Source of the DNA: Octopus vulgaris
Lineage: Eukaryota
Reading direction: 5' to 3'
Assembly: GCA_951406725.2 (NCBI GenBank)
Contig: OX597823.1
Coordinates: 41,354,001 to 41,418,000, forward strand
Length of the DNA stretch: 64,000 nucleotides
Below are positions 41,096 to 54,620 of the stretch, one piece after another. The notes beneath the pieces were generated by a model. The model did no database searches. It saw nothing but the letters and a program-made list of their open reading frames with translations, and was not told the DNA's origin. The position numbers and the translations under genes are program-made. Position 1 is the stretch's first letter; each line of letters begins with the position of its first letter.

Positions 41096-42281
41096 CATCA
41101 TCATCATCATCATCATAATCGTTTAACGTCCGCTTTCCATGCTACTATGGGTTGGACGGTTCAACTGGGGTCTGGCAAGCCCGAAGGCTACACCAGGCCA
41201 GTCAGATCTGGCAGTGTTTCTACAGCTGGATGCCCTTCCTAACGCCAACCACTTCGAGAGTGTAGTGGGTGATTTTATGTGCCACCGACACAGGTGCCAG
41301 ACGAGGCTGGCAGACGGCCACGCTCGGATATGGTGTTTTCGGTGTTTTTCTTATGTGCCACCGACACAGGTGCCAGACGAGGCTGGTGAACGGCTACGAT
41401 CGGATGGTGTACTGGCTACGGTCCCGTTCGGATGGTTTTCTTATGTGCCACCGGCACTGGTACCACAGGGATACAAATTCCATTGATGTTCATCTATTTT
41501 GATTTGGTTTGACTTGATTCGATTTGACTTTGATTTGATTTGCCTCAACAGGTCTTCACAAGTGTCACAAGCAGGAAGGTATGCACAGGTGGACTGACTA
41601 CGTCCCAGGTAGGGGCCACGGGTTATGGCTTCACTAGTCTTGCCGGGTCTTCTCACGCACAGCATACTTCCATAGGTCTCGGTCTCTAGTCATTTCCATG
41701 GTGAGACCTAATGTTCGAAGGTCGTGCTTCACCACCTCGTCCCAGGTTTTCCTGGGTCTACCTCTTCCATGGGTTCCCTCAACTGCTAGGGATTGGCACT
41801 TTCTCACACACCTATCTTCATCCATTCTCGCCACATGACCATACCAGCGCAATCGTCTCTCTTGCACGCAACAACTGATGCTTCTTAGGTACAACATTTC
41901 TCTCAGGGAACTAACGCTCTGTCGAGTAAGTACACTGACATTACACATCCATCGGAGCATACTGGCTTCATTCCTCATGAGCTTACGCATGTCCTCAGCA
42001 GTCACGGCCCATGTTTCACTGCCATGTAGCATGGCAGTTCGAACACATGCATCATACAGTCTGCCCTTTACTCTGAGAGAGAGGCCTTTAGTCACCAGCA
42101 GAGGTAAGAGCTCCCTAAACTTTGCCCAGGCTATTCTTATTCTAGCAGTTACACTCTCAGTGCACCCACCCCCACTACTGACTTGGTCACCTAGATAACG
42201 GAAGCTATCAACTACTTCTAATTTTTCCCCCTGGAAAGTGACGGAAGTTGTTTTCTGCAGATTTTCGGAGGTCAATGCTCC
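41095..42281 (-). mobile_element. 5'-truncated RTE LINE with uninterrupted ORF C-terminus (41634-42275)
   Basis: GEKLEVVDSFRYLGDQVSSGGGC..KGRLYDACVRTAMLHGSETW..RLRWYGHVARM..GRGRPRKTWDEVVKHDL. Same family as 761-2105, with a (GAT)n tail at 41095-41120. Confidence 0.93.
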
Positions 42282-42452
42282 CGTGTGTGTGTATGTATGT
42301 GTCTTTGTATCTGTGTTTATCCCCTACTTCCAACTGGTGTTGGCATGTTTATTTCCCTGTAATTTAGCAGTTCAGCAAACAAGGCCAATAGAATAAGTTC
42401 TTTATTTACATTATTTACATTTGACGGATATTTGTTTTCATCTTGTTAGTTG

Positions 42453-42500
42453 TTAACACAATATTTCGGCTGATGTATCCTCCAGCCTTCACGAGGTGTC
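42453..42500 (-). ncRNA. Minimal hammerhead, core-mutated copy
   Basis: GACAC-CUCGUGA-A-GGCUG-GAGGAUACAU-CAGCC-GAAAU-AU-U-GUGUU. Confidence 0.55.
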
Positions 42501-42589
42501 TTGGGGGAAATTTTGAACCGTGGTTCTCATTCCTAAGGTATTTTTCAATGTTATTATTTGGAATGAGAACCCAGATTTGAAATTTTGCC

Positions 42590-42637
42590 AAGAGACCTGA
42601 TGAAGGCTGGAGGGTATATCAGCTGAAACGTATTAAC
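42590..42637 (+). ncRNA. Minimal hammerhead, intact core with damaged stem I
   Basis: CUGAUGA (42597-42603)-A-GGCUG-GAGGGUAUAU-CAGCU-GAAAC-GU-A. Confidence 0.65.
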
Positions 42638-43270
42638 AACAAACAAAATGAGGACAAATATCTGTCAAATGTAAATAATGTACACAATTCCTCATCTCTT
42701 AAATATAGAACAAAATAAGTTCTAGGCTTAAAAAATAAGTCTTAGGGTTGATTTGTTTTTACTAAAACCCTTCAAGGCGATGCTCCAGCATGGCCACAGT
42801 CGAATGACTGAAACAAGTAGAAGAAAAAAGATAAAAGAAAAAGATATATACATACTGACAAGAGTGGAAATAAACATATGAACATATCTCCATTCTTGTT
42901 ATTTCTCTATATACTCTGTATTCTGAAAATTGATGCACAACAACAATCAGATATTTCATAAAAATTTTTCAAGTTTTTTTCTCCACAGATGCATCTTTCA
43001 CACTCTGAACAAACACACAGCATTCTAACATTAGTTTTATGTCATACCCTATATATATCGTGCTCTGTACAAGAATGTGTGTGTATGCTTGTATGATTTC
43101 ACACATGTATATGTATTTGTGTATAGGAATATGTTTATATTCATGTACATGTATCTAAATGTATATAGATATGTGTAAATTTGTGAATATGTATGTCTAG
43201 TGATTTTGGTATACATACATGTATATGCACATTTATGTAAACAAATATATTCATAAACACTAAACTAAGT

Positions 43271-43310
<40 letters not shown>

Positions 43311-43324
43311 GTATATATACTCAT

Positions 43325-43760
43325 ACACGCAAACAAATTAACTGTATCTTTTCTAACATGTTTATTATCATCATCAACAACAACACTGAAGATATTATTA
43401 TTTCCATCATTTATTCATGTCGTTTATCTATATTTTCATCATTCTCTTTTTACATCAACCTTTGTGGCACCACAAATAGTTGTTTACAAAGGTAAAAAAT
43501 AAACTTGGACGGAAAAATTAAAAAACAAAATGAAACATTTCTCCAATAATTTTCTATATTTGAACTGACTTTGTTTTAAGATAATTTCAAACACCAATAT
43601 GAACTTCTACCTGTTTTATATATTTCCATTTTTATCCAACATTCTATACTGTAAAGTTAACTCTGTGCTTAAAAGTTTTGTGAGTAAATGCCTAATTTTT
43701 ATTATAATATGCAAACACTCCAATATGAGAATGAAAGTATGTGGTCTGGTTGTTAAAAAG
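43325..43760 (-). repeat. Diverged inverted duplicate of 35785-36230
   Basis: Same shared blocks as listed for 35785-36230. Confidence 0.85.
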
Positions 43761-44753
43761 TTAGGCTTCTAATCATAAGGATGTGGGTTTGATTCCTGGA
43801 CTGGGGTGCATTTTGTGTCTTTGAAGAAGGCACTTGGTTTAAGGTTGATCCAGTCCACTCTGTTAGACTGTGTATGGGTATGTATACAGCTGCTAGTGCT
43901 GCTCTCTCTCCTTCCAGCTATCACATCTTTGGTGTTCTACTTAATGCTAAAACGGTATCTATGTCTTCTTGCATCAACATATCTTTGCATCAACATATCC
44001 TAATACATTTCACAAATTCACAGTATGTACTACCAGATAGTACTCATTTGCTAGTGACAACTATGAGGTTTTTATATTTCCTTTTGTTTCTGAATATGTA
44101 AATGTTTAAATGTTTAACCAAAGCAGTGACATGATATTAGCTTATCATCAGTCACTGATTCTGCAAGTTTCATTAGAGACTACACTAGTCATATAATTTC
44201 TCTAATCACTGTGTAATATATTGCAATAAAGTCCACCATAACAATGCTTTGCAGATAAAATCATGCTGAGAACATAACTGCATTTATTCAGTACTTTTGC
44301 AGCAAAACAATATAATCTAATTTCAAAAGTCACTGAAATGCCCTACAGAACAATAGACACCATATATGTTTGGAGGAATATAACTCTAAAACACTATTTG
44401 TTTTTCATTCTTGAGTTCTTAGGATTCATGTGGCCAGATACCCAGTTTCCATAATATGTAAGTGACCAAGATCTCAATAATTCTCCTGAACAGGACACCA
44501 GTCCACTGCAGGGCTTAATGACAGCAATTTTTGTGGGGAAAGGACAAGTTAATTGCACTGACTCCAGTGCTTGACTGAGTTCAGTGGGATTTGAACTCAG
44601 AATATAAAAAACTGGTTGAAATGCTGTTTAGCATTTTTTCTGAAATGTTAACAATTCTGCTAGTTTGCTGCCTTAAAACCCAATTAAGATTATGCAAAAT
44701 TCCATAGTTTCATATTTTCCATAGTTTCATATTTAAAAAAAAAAATTCACATA

Positions 44754-44972
44754 TTAAACCTTTTGTTACCATATTTCTGTTGAGATACTCTGTGTTTCTT
44801 TCAATTAATTTAAAATATAATAGAGAATTTAGTAAAATTAAGCTAGTGTTAGGAATGTAAAATTGTGACTAAGGTTTGGTGAAAGATCTTAATGCAGAAC
44901 GTTTGAAAAGAAGAGACATTTGTACTACAGAGCCAGAGGGAGTTTCAGGTGAGTTGGTATCAAAGGGTTTAA
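44754..44972. mobile_element. piggyBac-like MITE
   Basis: TTAA-ACCTTTTGTTACC...GGTATCAAAGGGT-TTAA termini. Confidence 0.55.
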
Positions 44973-47139
44973 ATTAGCTACAATTTCAATTTCTTATCTT
45001 CCTCAAAACACTGAAGGAACAGAGTTGACCAAACACAAATGGAACCTAACTTAAATTGCAATCACATCTAGATACTTACATGACAGTGTGTACATTCTCT
45101 GTTTTTCCCACGTATTCTTCCCTTTCTCTTGTAAATTGTTGTATTTTGTCCTAGCACATTCCTTTTTCTCATTCATCCTACACTTCCTATTTTCATTCAC
45201 ACACCCTTTTATTCCTTCATCATATCAACTTCTCCTTCTTCAAGATGCTGATCCAAGGTGCAAGTTCATCATATAAATAGCATTATATACTCCATCTACC
45301 TGACTTATTAAGTTTCAACCTTTAAATATCTTCTTTGACCTTCGACCAACTCATTGCACATTTATGTTTACTCTGGTCAGTGAGAGTCAACAGGTCAAAC
45401 TTTATTAACAAAGATAAACATCAATATTTCCTCATAGACAAATCTAAATAAAAAAAACTGGCTTTTCAATTATTCATTCCTATACTCCCTACATTTTTCT
45501 CTTCCTTTTTTTATCATTCTCTTTTCTTTTTCCTCTACTTTTCCTTCTAATGTTTTTTTTTATTATTTATCTGTTTTTTGTTTAGTTTTTCTTTCTACCT
45601 TTCTCCTATTCTTCTCCCTCTCTTTATCAGTCTCTCCCTTTTAACCTTTCCCTCTGTCTCTCATTACCTCTTACTCTATTCTTTTCTCTTCCATTTCTTC
45701 TGCTTTTCTCTTTCTGTTACTTTCATCTCTGTTCTCTTATTTTCATCTCTTTCTTTTTTTTTTTTTTTTGCTTTCTCTTATCTTATTCATGCTCTTTCAC
45801 CCTCTCTCTCCTTCCTATTTCTCGTTTTCATTCCATTTCTTACTTCCCTCATCATACAATGTCAGTGGCAGGTTTGAACACCTTCATTTTAGTTCCATAT
45901 TTCATTTGCTCCCCACTCCGCACATAGCATTTCTTCAGTTGTCATGGTGATTTAAAGATCAAGTATAAGTCAGAAAGCTGTCCTATTCCTTCAAAATGAT
46001 AGTTTAAGCTTATGCATATCTACAGTAGATTTCTGTCCATGCAAAAATTGTATACATGCCTCTATAAAGTTCACATATTTATCAACCATTAAGTGAAAAA
46101 ATCTGTGGATTTGGTAAATGGCATTTTTGCTTTTACTTTCTAAAAGACTGCATGCCTTCTATTCCGGTTTTCCTTTTTCTTTTGTCTTCTTTAACATTCC
46201 ACAACTCCCCATCTCACACACTAAATCATGACAATGTATAATTGTATTTTTGTTATTTTTTGTTTAACATCTTTATTATTTTTTAAATTCCTGTAAAAGG
46301 GTTAACGTGCCTTAAGTAAGTATACTGAGTTTACAATAAATTTCAACAATTTATGTGAAATATCTGCTAAGAAAATGCTAAGAGATTCAGCTGTTTTATT
46401 TATGGGTGGCAAAATAAATTTTTCTTCCCTAGAAAATAACAGACTTGGTAATGTTGAGGATATTGTTGTTGCTATTGTTATAAAGGATGTTAGCGCTAAT
46501 AGGGTGATTGTGATTCCAACTGGCTTAATGGTGATAAAACCCTCAGAGATTTAAAGAAACTTTGATTCAGTAAGACATCATTTTTTAGTTTTGCTTTGTG
46601 TTGTTTCTTAAATTTTGTCTTTTATTTATAGGGATTTTACTATAAACCATTTGTGGTTGAGGAGATTGAGTACGTTAAAGACAAGAAGGGTTGAGAATTA
46701 ATGGTTGCTGTCATTCTAACACGTTTGTGAAGAAATTAAGCTAGAGGATGATAGAATAAGTTATACAGACCAAGTTATTCTTTGATATGCTTGTGATGCA
46801 ATGCTAATATGAAGCATACATGGAGAATACATTTATTAGAAGCTATTCCTGTCTCAAAAAGGTTTCAAATCAGTGGCCTTAAACACCTGGTTCTTCTGCT
46901 ATTCCTACCATATTCTTATGCATTATAATGCCAGGCAAGTGAAGTATGAAGATTTAATGCATCACTATAGTACCCTACAACTCAAAATTCTTCATCTAAA
47001 TAACTTACACCTAATTGTCTTTGACCATTGAATATTTTTACCATTTTAGAGACTAACCTAAAAGAAAAATTTATGAGAAACGCTTTTTGCTTCCTCACCA
47101 TACTTTAGACATATGTTGTAACTAAATATTGTTGTTCTT

Positions 47140-47435
47140 ATTCTTTTATTCGTTTCAGTCATTTTGACATGCTGGAACACTGCCTTAAAGGGTTTTTAAT
47201 CAAAGAACTCTACCCCAGGACTTATTCTTTGTAAGCCTAGTACTTGTTATATTGGTCTCTTTTGCTGAAGTGCTAAGTTACAAGGACATAAACACAACAA
47301 CATTGGTTGTCAAGTGATGATGGGTGGGGGGACAAACACAGATACAAAGATACATACACAGGCACACACACATACACACATACACACACACATATATGAT
47401 GGGCTTCTTTCAGTTTCCATCAACCAAATCCACTC
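47140..47435 (-). mobile_element. SINE family A, 3' two-thirds
   Basis: GTTTCAGTCATTT...CCCCAGGACTTATTCTTTGTAAGCCTAGTAC...GGGCTTCTTTCAGTTTCC. Confidence 0.8.
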
Positions 47436-48037
47436 AATCTTTATATTTTTCAATATGCGTTACCTATGGTGAGGCTTATATACACACACACACACACTCT
47501 AAAGACTCAAGACATAAGAAAACAAGAATTGCATTACAGTCATCATATGTTTTAACCTTGCACAGCTAAAACATTCAGAGTTACCATCAATGATAAGATT
47601 TAAAACATCTGATGTTATTTTGGGGCAACTACAATACATTACATAACCACCAGTTTATCTCCAAGAATCAGCCTAATCCTTAAAATCAGAAAATAATTCT
47701 AATGGGAGGTTATTAAAGACCACTGCCAATTTAGGATGAAACCTATATATATGTGGTACCCTAGCTATCATGAATTTCTAAACAATTAGAAGCAAGACAG
47801 TACAATAAGCCACATCATCATGAGAATATAGTTAAAACTTGATGTGACTGGAAATATATCATTTTTAATGTTTGAAATTTAAGTAGATGGAGCTATAAAT
47901 AATAGTGTTTAGAATATTGGGTTGAAAAATCACTTGGAAAGAATATTGTCAAATTCTCACAGGCAGCATTCAACTGTTTCCATCCAAAGGGTTTTTTTAA
48001 TTAATATTCAGAATGTTATTATTTCTAATATACACAT

Positions 48038-48230
48038 GGTGGCAAGCTGGTAGAATCATTAGCATGCTGGGAAAAATGCTTAGTGGCATTTCATCCGTCT
48101 TTACATTCTGAGTTCGAATTCCACTGAGGTTTATTTTACCTTTTATATTTTTGGGGTTGATAAAACAAGTACCAGTCGAGCACGGGGGTTCAGCGTTACA
48201 GACTTATGCCCAACCCCAAAATTGCTGGCC
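48038..48230 (+). mobile_element. SINE family B
   Basis: GGCAAGCTGGTAGAATCATTAGC...TTCTGAGTTCGAATTCC. Confidence 0.75.
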
Positions 48231-48628
48231 TTACTCTTTTACTTGTTTCAGTCATTTGACTGCGGCCATGCTGGAGCACCGCCTTTAATTGAACAACTCG
48301 ACCCCGGGACTTATTCTTTGTAAGCCCAGTCTTATTCTATCGGTCTCTTTTGCCGAACCGCTAAGTGACGGGGACATAAACACACCAATATCAGTTGTCA
48401 AGCAATGCTAGGGGGACAAACACAGACACACAAACACACACCCTCACACACACATATATATATACATATATACGACGGGCTTCTTTCAGTTTCCGTCTAC
48501 CAAATCCACTCACAAGGCTTTGGTCGGCCCGAGGCTATAGTAGAAGACACTTGCCCAAGGCGCCATGCAGTGGGACTGAACCCGGAACCATATGGTTGGT
48601 AAACAAGCTACTTACCACACAGCCACTC
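48231..48628 (-). mobile_element. Full-length SINE family A, low divergence
   Basis: Highly similar to 31005-31421. Confidence 0.9.
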
Positions 48629-51196
48629 TATGAAATCATTATTTCTATTCTACATGTTAGTCTAAGTGCATGTATCACAGACCTTTAGGAGAATGAACAA
48701 ACAAATACTGTTACATTTAGAGGTGATTCTTCTGTGATCAGTCCACTTCCTACCAAAATATTTCATTTCTTTCCTTCTATAAATACATAACCCAGTTAGA
48801 AACCAAACTAGATTGATATTATCACTGTGTGTTGGAACTAAGTTCCATGAAAATTAAATTTGCTTTTCAATGTTGATTACTAGTTGGAAAAAGCAGCACC
48901 TAGTTGGAACAACTGGCTTCAGTTGCTGTTATGGTGCCTTTGGGAAAGACTCAAGCACTATAGTTTTTCATTCATGCCTTATCTCATGATTTTAAAACTT
49001 CATGCTTTATTAAGAAACCATTATTGCTGTATGTATTAAGCTAAAATATTAATGTAGTATAAATGTAATTTATTGGCTAGGTTTAAAGTGTGTGCAAACA
49101 GCAATTTGTAATTCCGTTGCTAAAAGAACAAAAATAAAAATAAAATATACAACTAGGAAAAAGCAAATATTAATACAATAAATGGTATCATTGATCTTTT
49201 TTTCTCCCTTCATTACAATTATTCATCCATTTTTTCACTCTCTTTTGATGGAAAATATAGTCTGAAAGCATAGAAATATAAGCATGAGATAGCGGTCATC
49301 AAAGCATGGTCTTTGAAGCAATGGCTGTCGAGATTTTTCCCATTTTTCCTCTGTGGTGTGATAGAAGAAACTTGTTTTTAATGAATTCTGCTGCATGTGT
49401 ACGTCTAACATTTACCGACACCATTAGTTCATATTATTTATTCAGATAAAAGACTACTTTGATGATGACATAATCTCACTATATGACAGAAAAACACAGA
49501 AAACAATGTTGAAATTAAGTTTTCAATTTTAGCTTGGAATTTGATAAAATAAAAAAAATTGGTTTAGTTAAAAGTTCTTTATATTTATTAATTCGGTTAC
49601 TTTTATTATGTATGTAGCATTAAACATTCATTTTGGTAATTTCTGGCATAAAATATTTGCAGTCTTGTTTTAAAAAAAAAACTGTTTTTTTTCTGGCTCT
49701 GTGATTTTAAACTCATCATCATCATCATTTCAGTGTCCATATTTCTATGCTTGTATAGGTCAGACTGTTTTTATTTCCTATGGCTTGGTGCACCTCCTGT
49801 CTCCAACCCTCTCCTGTTTCCAAGCAAGGTAATATTTCCCCTTTGCCCAGACATGTTTTCTCAGAATATTGGCAATGAATGACACTGCTTTTATGACAGT
49901 GACAATCATAATAGTTACATGATAGCTAAACAAGGAGACACAAGTACATGTACATGCCTATTCACATAATCATATGGTTGTCAAGGGTATATATACATTA
50001 AGTATGATTACATAGATGGCTATTTAAAGTTAATGCTGTTTCTGTTGCTTACACTGAGTTTTTATTCATCTTGCTGGCTTTCTGCGCTATCAGTTCACCA
50101 TTTCCTATATATTGGAGGAAACAGATTTCATCTTAGTATGTTGCAATCAATTATACATCATTAACAGGGCTCAAGGAAGCTGAATCATATCTGGAATTCT
50201 AATGCTGAGATGATTTTCATCTTGCTCTGATATATATTGTGGTTTTATACAGAGGTTTTCTCTCAAATAAAAACCACAGCCTCATGCCTGTCAAAAATGT
50301 ATATATGCTAAGTATAATATATAGATGGCTGTATTGATAACTAATGTATATGTTGTCATTGTTATCACAGATTTTACATCCACTTTTTCTATACTGGCAT
50401 GGATTGCATCAGGTTTCTGGAGATAGATTTTCTCTCAGAGAAAAAGCATAGCATCATACCTGTCAACAGTGTATATACTTTAAATACAACACATAGATGG
50501 CTATTTTAATTAGATGCTGTTTCAGTTGTGTACACTGAGTTTTTAATTATTAATATATTTATTAATACATATTTATGAGTTTGATGCTTACATTAATTGC
50601 CAAATTTCAGATCTCTCTCTCTATATATTATTGATTGAAATTTCAACCTGAACAGCCTATTACTATTGTGTGTTTCTTCAGGAATATTTAGTCGTTCATT
50701 TTAGTTATTGTTTCATGTCCTAAGTACCGGTAATTACATAAATAGATATATATATATAGCATCAATAGAATTTGAAATTGCTGTTAGCAAATTTCTGGTG
50801 TTATTGAATGAAATTGAAAATAACAAATGAATGAAAATAATTAAAATAAATACAGAAATTCCTGAGTGAACAATATTAGAATGAATATTGAAAGAAGTTG
50901 AATAAAAGAATGAATGAAACATTAAGTGAAATATATTGATATGATGAAGGAAGGCTTAAATTAATGAGACAATAAATAGATGAAAGATTGAATGAAATAT
51001 AGTGAATGGATGGAAGATCAATCCTGTGAGAAAAGATAAAGAAGTGAAGGTATGACAATGCTGAAGTATCTAATGTGGCCTGTAATGGGAAGAATTTAAC
51101 ATTTCTTCTTGCACATGCACACACATTCATGCATAAACATGAAGATGTACAAATATAAGTATGTACATATGTATGTGAATCTATGTTTGTGTGTGC

Positions 51197-51276
<80 letters not shown>

Positions 51277-51375
51277 ATGTATGTATGTGTGAATGGATGG
51301 ATGGATATAGAGACAGATAGATATATGGGCATAAATGTATGTCTATATATGTATATATCTGTGTGTATATATATA

Positions 51376-51440
<65 letters not shown>

Positions 51441-52687
51441 TTTGAAACCTGCCAGCACCATTTCAGCCATAATGATAAATGATTTAGTTTTAGCATCCTT
51501 ACCCTCCCTTCTTCTCCCTCTCTTCTTTTCCACGCTCAATTCCTCCTTTTTCTCTCACTCTATCTATCCCACTCTCCTTTTCTGTCTCTTCACACTTTCC
51601 CATAGAGAAGAACACAAAGAATAGAAATATCCATTCTGGTGTAATTTGAAAGTGACAGCCTCTCCCAATGACCACCAACACTAGCCATTGTCTTACTCTG
51701 GCACACAGGTTTGATTAAATGCCATTATGGTTTGATGATACCCACAACTGGCTCCACTATCGCCAGTGGTCATTGCAATGGATAAACAAAAGCAAGCCAT
51801 TGTGGGTTGGTGGGGGGTAGGGGAAGACTGTGTGTCTGAGAGTGAGGAGGGGGTTAGAAATATTGGCGTGGTGAGTTATTGAACCAGCAGATATTTCTGA
51901 AGATGCTGTAAGAATGAAGGCTGTAAGGTTAAAAGATTAAATTGCGAAGCGAATCAATAGGTTTTGCGTTTGTCAAAGTGTTTGTAATAATTGTTCCTTT
52001 AATTAGACACCAAAACCTTTAGTGTTATATGGAAACAACCAAAGGAGAGAAAAATGGAAATTGAGATAGCGATGCTGTTTCGTTTGTTGAAGATTTAATA
52101 AAGTTCATTGAAATGCATAATAAAATGTGAATTATTTATTACAAAACAAAAAAAAAAAAGGAAAAAGTGAAAATCCAAAGGAAAAATTATCATCCTCATA
52201 ATCATCATCATCACCATCCTCATTTAACATCCATTTTCCATGATAGCATGGGTTGGACAGCTTAATAGGAGCTGGTGACCTAGAAGACAGAATCAAACAC
52301 CTATGCTTACTTGATCATGGTTTCTATGGCTGGATACCATTCCTGATGCCAGCCACTTTAGAGAGTAACTGAAGTTTTTTATTTTGTTTTGTTTGCTTTT
52401 GTGCACCTTGTAGTGATGTGCACCTTGTAGTGATGTGCACCTTGTAGTTTGTGAGCCTAAGGCCCTAAAGTGACTCCTACAACTGAGGGAAGTTAGAAGA
52501 AAAAATGGACAATTATCCTAGGCAGTAAGATGAAGGTTGCTAAGAGAGAGAAAGAGAGAGAGAGAATAGAGGTATATATTTCAGGCAATAAGGAAGAAGG
52601 AAGTAATTGGTAGCAAGGTTAAGAAAAGGAGTGATAAAAGTAGAAATGGTGATAGGGTGGAGTTGTGTAAGTGGTAAGGGTTTATAA

Positions 52688-53324
52688 CAATGGTTCTCAG
52701 TTGGGATCTGTATGACCCTTGCAGTTCCAGGTAAAATTTTGTTCAAATTTATGTGTGATAAATTGCTTATACTTCTACAATATTCTTTTCTTTTACTTGA
52801 GTCATTTGACTGTTGCCATGCAGGAGCACCACCTTAAAGGGATTTTTAGTTGAACAAATCAACCCCAGGACTTATTTCTTAAGCCTAGTACTTATTTTAT
52901 TGGTCTCTTTATTATGTTATGGGGATGTAAACACACCAACACCAGTTGTCAAGCAGTGAAAAGGGGACAAACACACACACACACACACACACACAGAGAT
53001 ATATATATATATATATATACTATATATACAATGGGCTTCTTTCAGTTTCTGTCTACCAAATCCACTCACAAAGTTTTGGTCAACCTGAGGATAAATTACA
53101 AGACACTTGCTCAAGGTGCTATGCAGTGGAACTGAACCCAGAATCATGTTGTTAGGAAGTTTCTTACCAATCAACCATCTTTTTACATTATTCCTAATAA
53201 TAATTGATTATAAAAACACAGCAGAATTTTTAATATACAGCAAATGGCTATGGAGGTCCAGTGGAGTAAAATAAGAATCACAGGTGTCCATAGGCAAAAA
53301 AAAAAAAAAGATTGAGAATCACTG
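52688..53324. mobile_element. hAT-like MITE with a nested SINE A (~52785-53180, minus strand)
   Basis: CAATGGTTCTCAG...TTGAGAATCACTG TIRs with an 8-bp TSD GTTTATAA/GTTTAGAA (1 mismatch). Confidence 0.75.
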
Positions 53325-53473
53325 GTTTAGAACTATCCAGAATTATATAAAGAAAACTTTATTTTAGCATGCAGATCCATTTTTGCTATGGTATGTAGGA
53401 GGGCTTCAAAACATATTTGCTGATGATAGCATACACCAGAGCAATGTTGTTTGTCTCTTATTTTTAGGATTTA

Positions 53474-53637
<164 letters not shown>

Positions 53638-54329
53638 TTTCATTCACTTACTCACACACTCATATATCAGCATATATATATATATATATATATGCATATG
53701 CATTTACTCACAAGCTGATGACTGTACCTTCAGAATATAAGCTAGATAATGTATGTTACACTTAATTATATTCTTGTAAATATTGCAGGCAAAAGTTCCA
53801 TTAAAACAGCAAACACCCATTAGATTGTGAATATTAATTTTCATTTTAATTTCTAGTTCTGCATGAAAACCATTCATCTTATTGAAGTGCATATATGGTA
53901 ATACATACATACATGTATGTATTACCAGATATAGGGAGAGAGTAAGGTGCATGCAAAAACATATATACATTCACACTGTCATAGACACAAAATTATATAT
54001 ATACATATACATACATATATACATATATATATGTTTGACTGTTGTGTGTTTGTCTATGCTTGTTTATAGACATGAGTATGTGTGTGCGTGTGCACACACA
54101 CACACACACACTCATTCATGGTTGTGTGGTTAAGAAGTTTGCTTCTCAACCCCAGAGTTTCAGGTTCAGGTCTCTTGTATGGAATTTTTGGTTGACCAAA
54201 GCCTTATGAGTGGATTTAGTAGACAGAAAATTACAGAATTCCTTTGTGTGTGTTTGTGTATGTGATTTACATACAAAATAAGCACATGTATGAATATATA
54301 GATATATAAAAAAAACAGAACATTCGAGC

Positions 54330-54620
54330 AAGGACGTTGCCAGTGCCACTGGACTGACTCCTGTGCAGGTGGCACATAAAAAGCACCATTTGAGCGTGGC
54401 CATTGCTAGTACCACCTAACTGGCCCTCGTGCCAGTGGCACGTTAAAGCACCCACTACACTCTTGGAGTGGTTGGTGTTAGGAAAGGCATCCAACAGTAA
54501 AAACCCTGCCAGATCAGATTGGAGTCTGGTGCAGCCATCTGGTTTGCCAGTCCTCAAATTGTCCAACCCATGCTAGCATGGAAAGTTAGCATTAAATGAT
54601 GATGTGGATGATGATGATGA
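54330..54620 (+). mobile_element. RTE 3' UTR fragment
   Basis: GTGCCAGTGGCAC repeats, conserved core and (GAT)n tail. Confidence 0.85.

Larger units (their letters stand above)
42402..42713. mobile_element. Fold-back PLE-like insertion with ~125-bp arms, ~31-bp tail and 10-bp target-site duplication
   Basis: Arms at ~42407-42533 and 42560-42682. AATAAGTTCT is duplicated at 42392-42401 and 42714-42723. Confidence 0.85.
40937..42830 (+). mobile_element. SINE family A split by nested RTE and PLE-like insertions
   Basis: 5' half at ~40937-41070; 3' half at 42282-42401 and 42714-42830. Confidence 0.75.
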
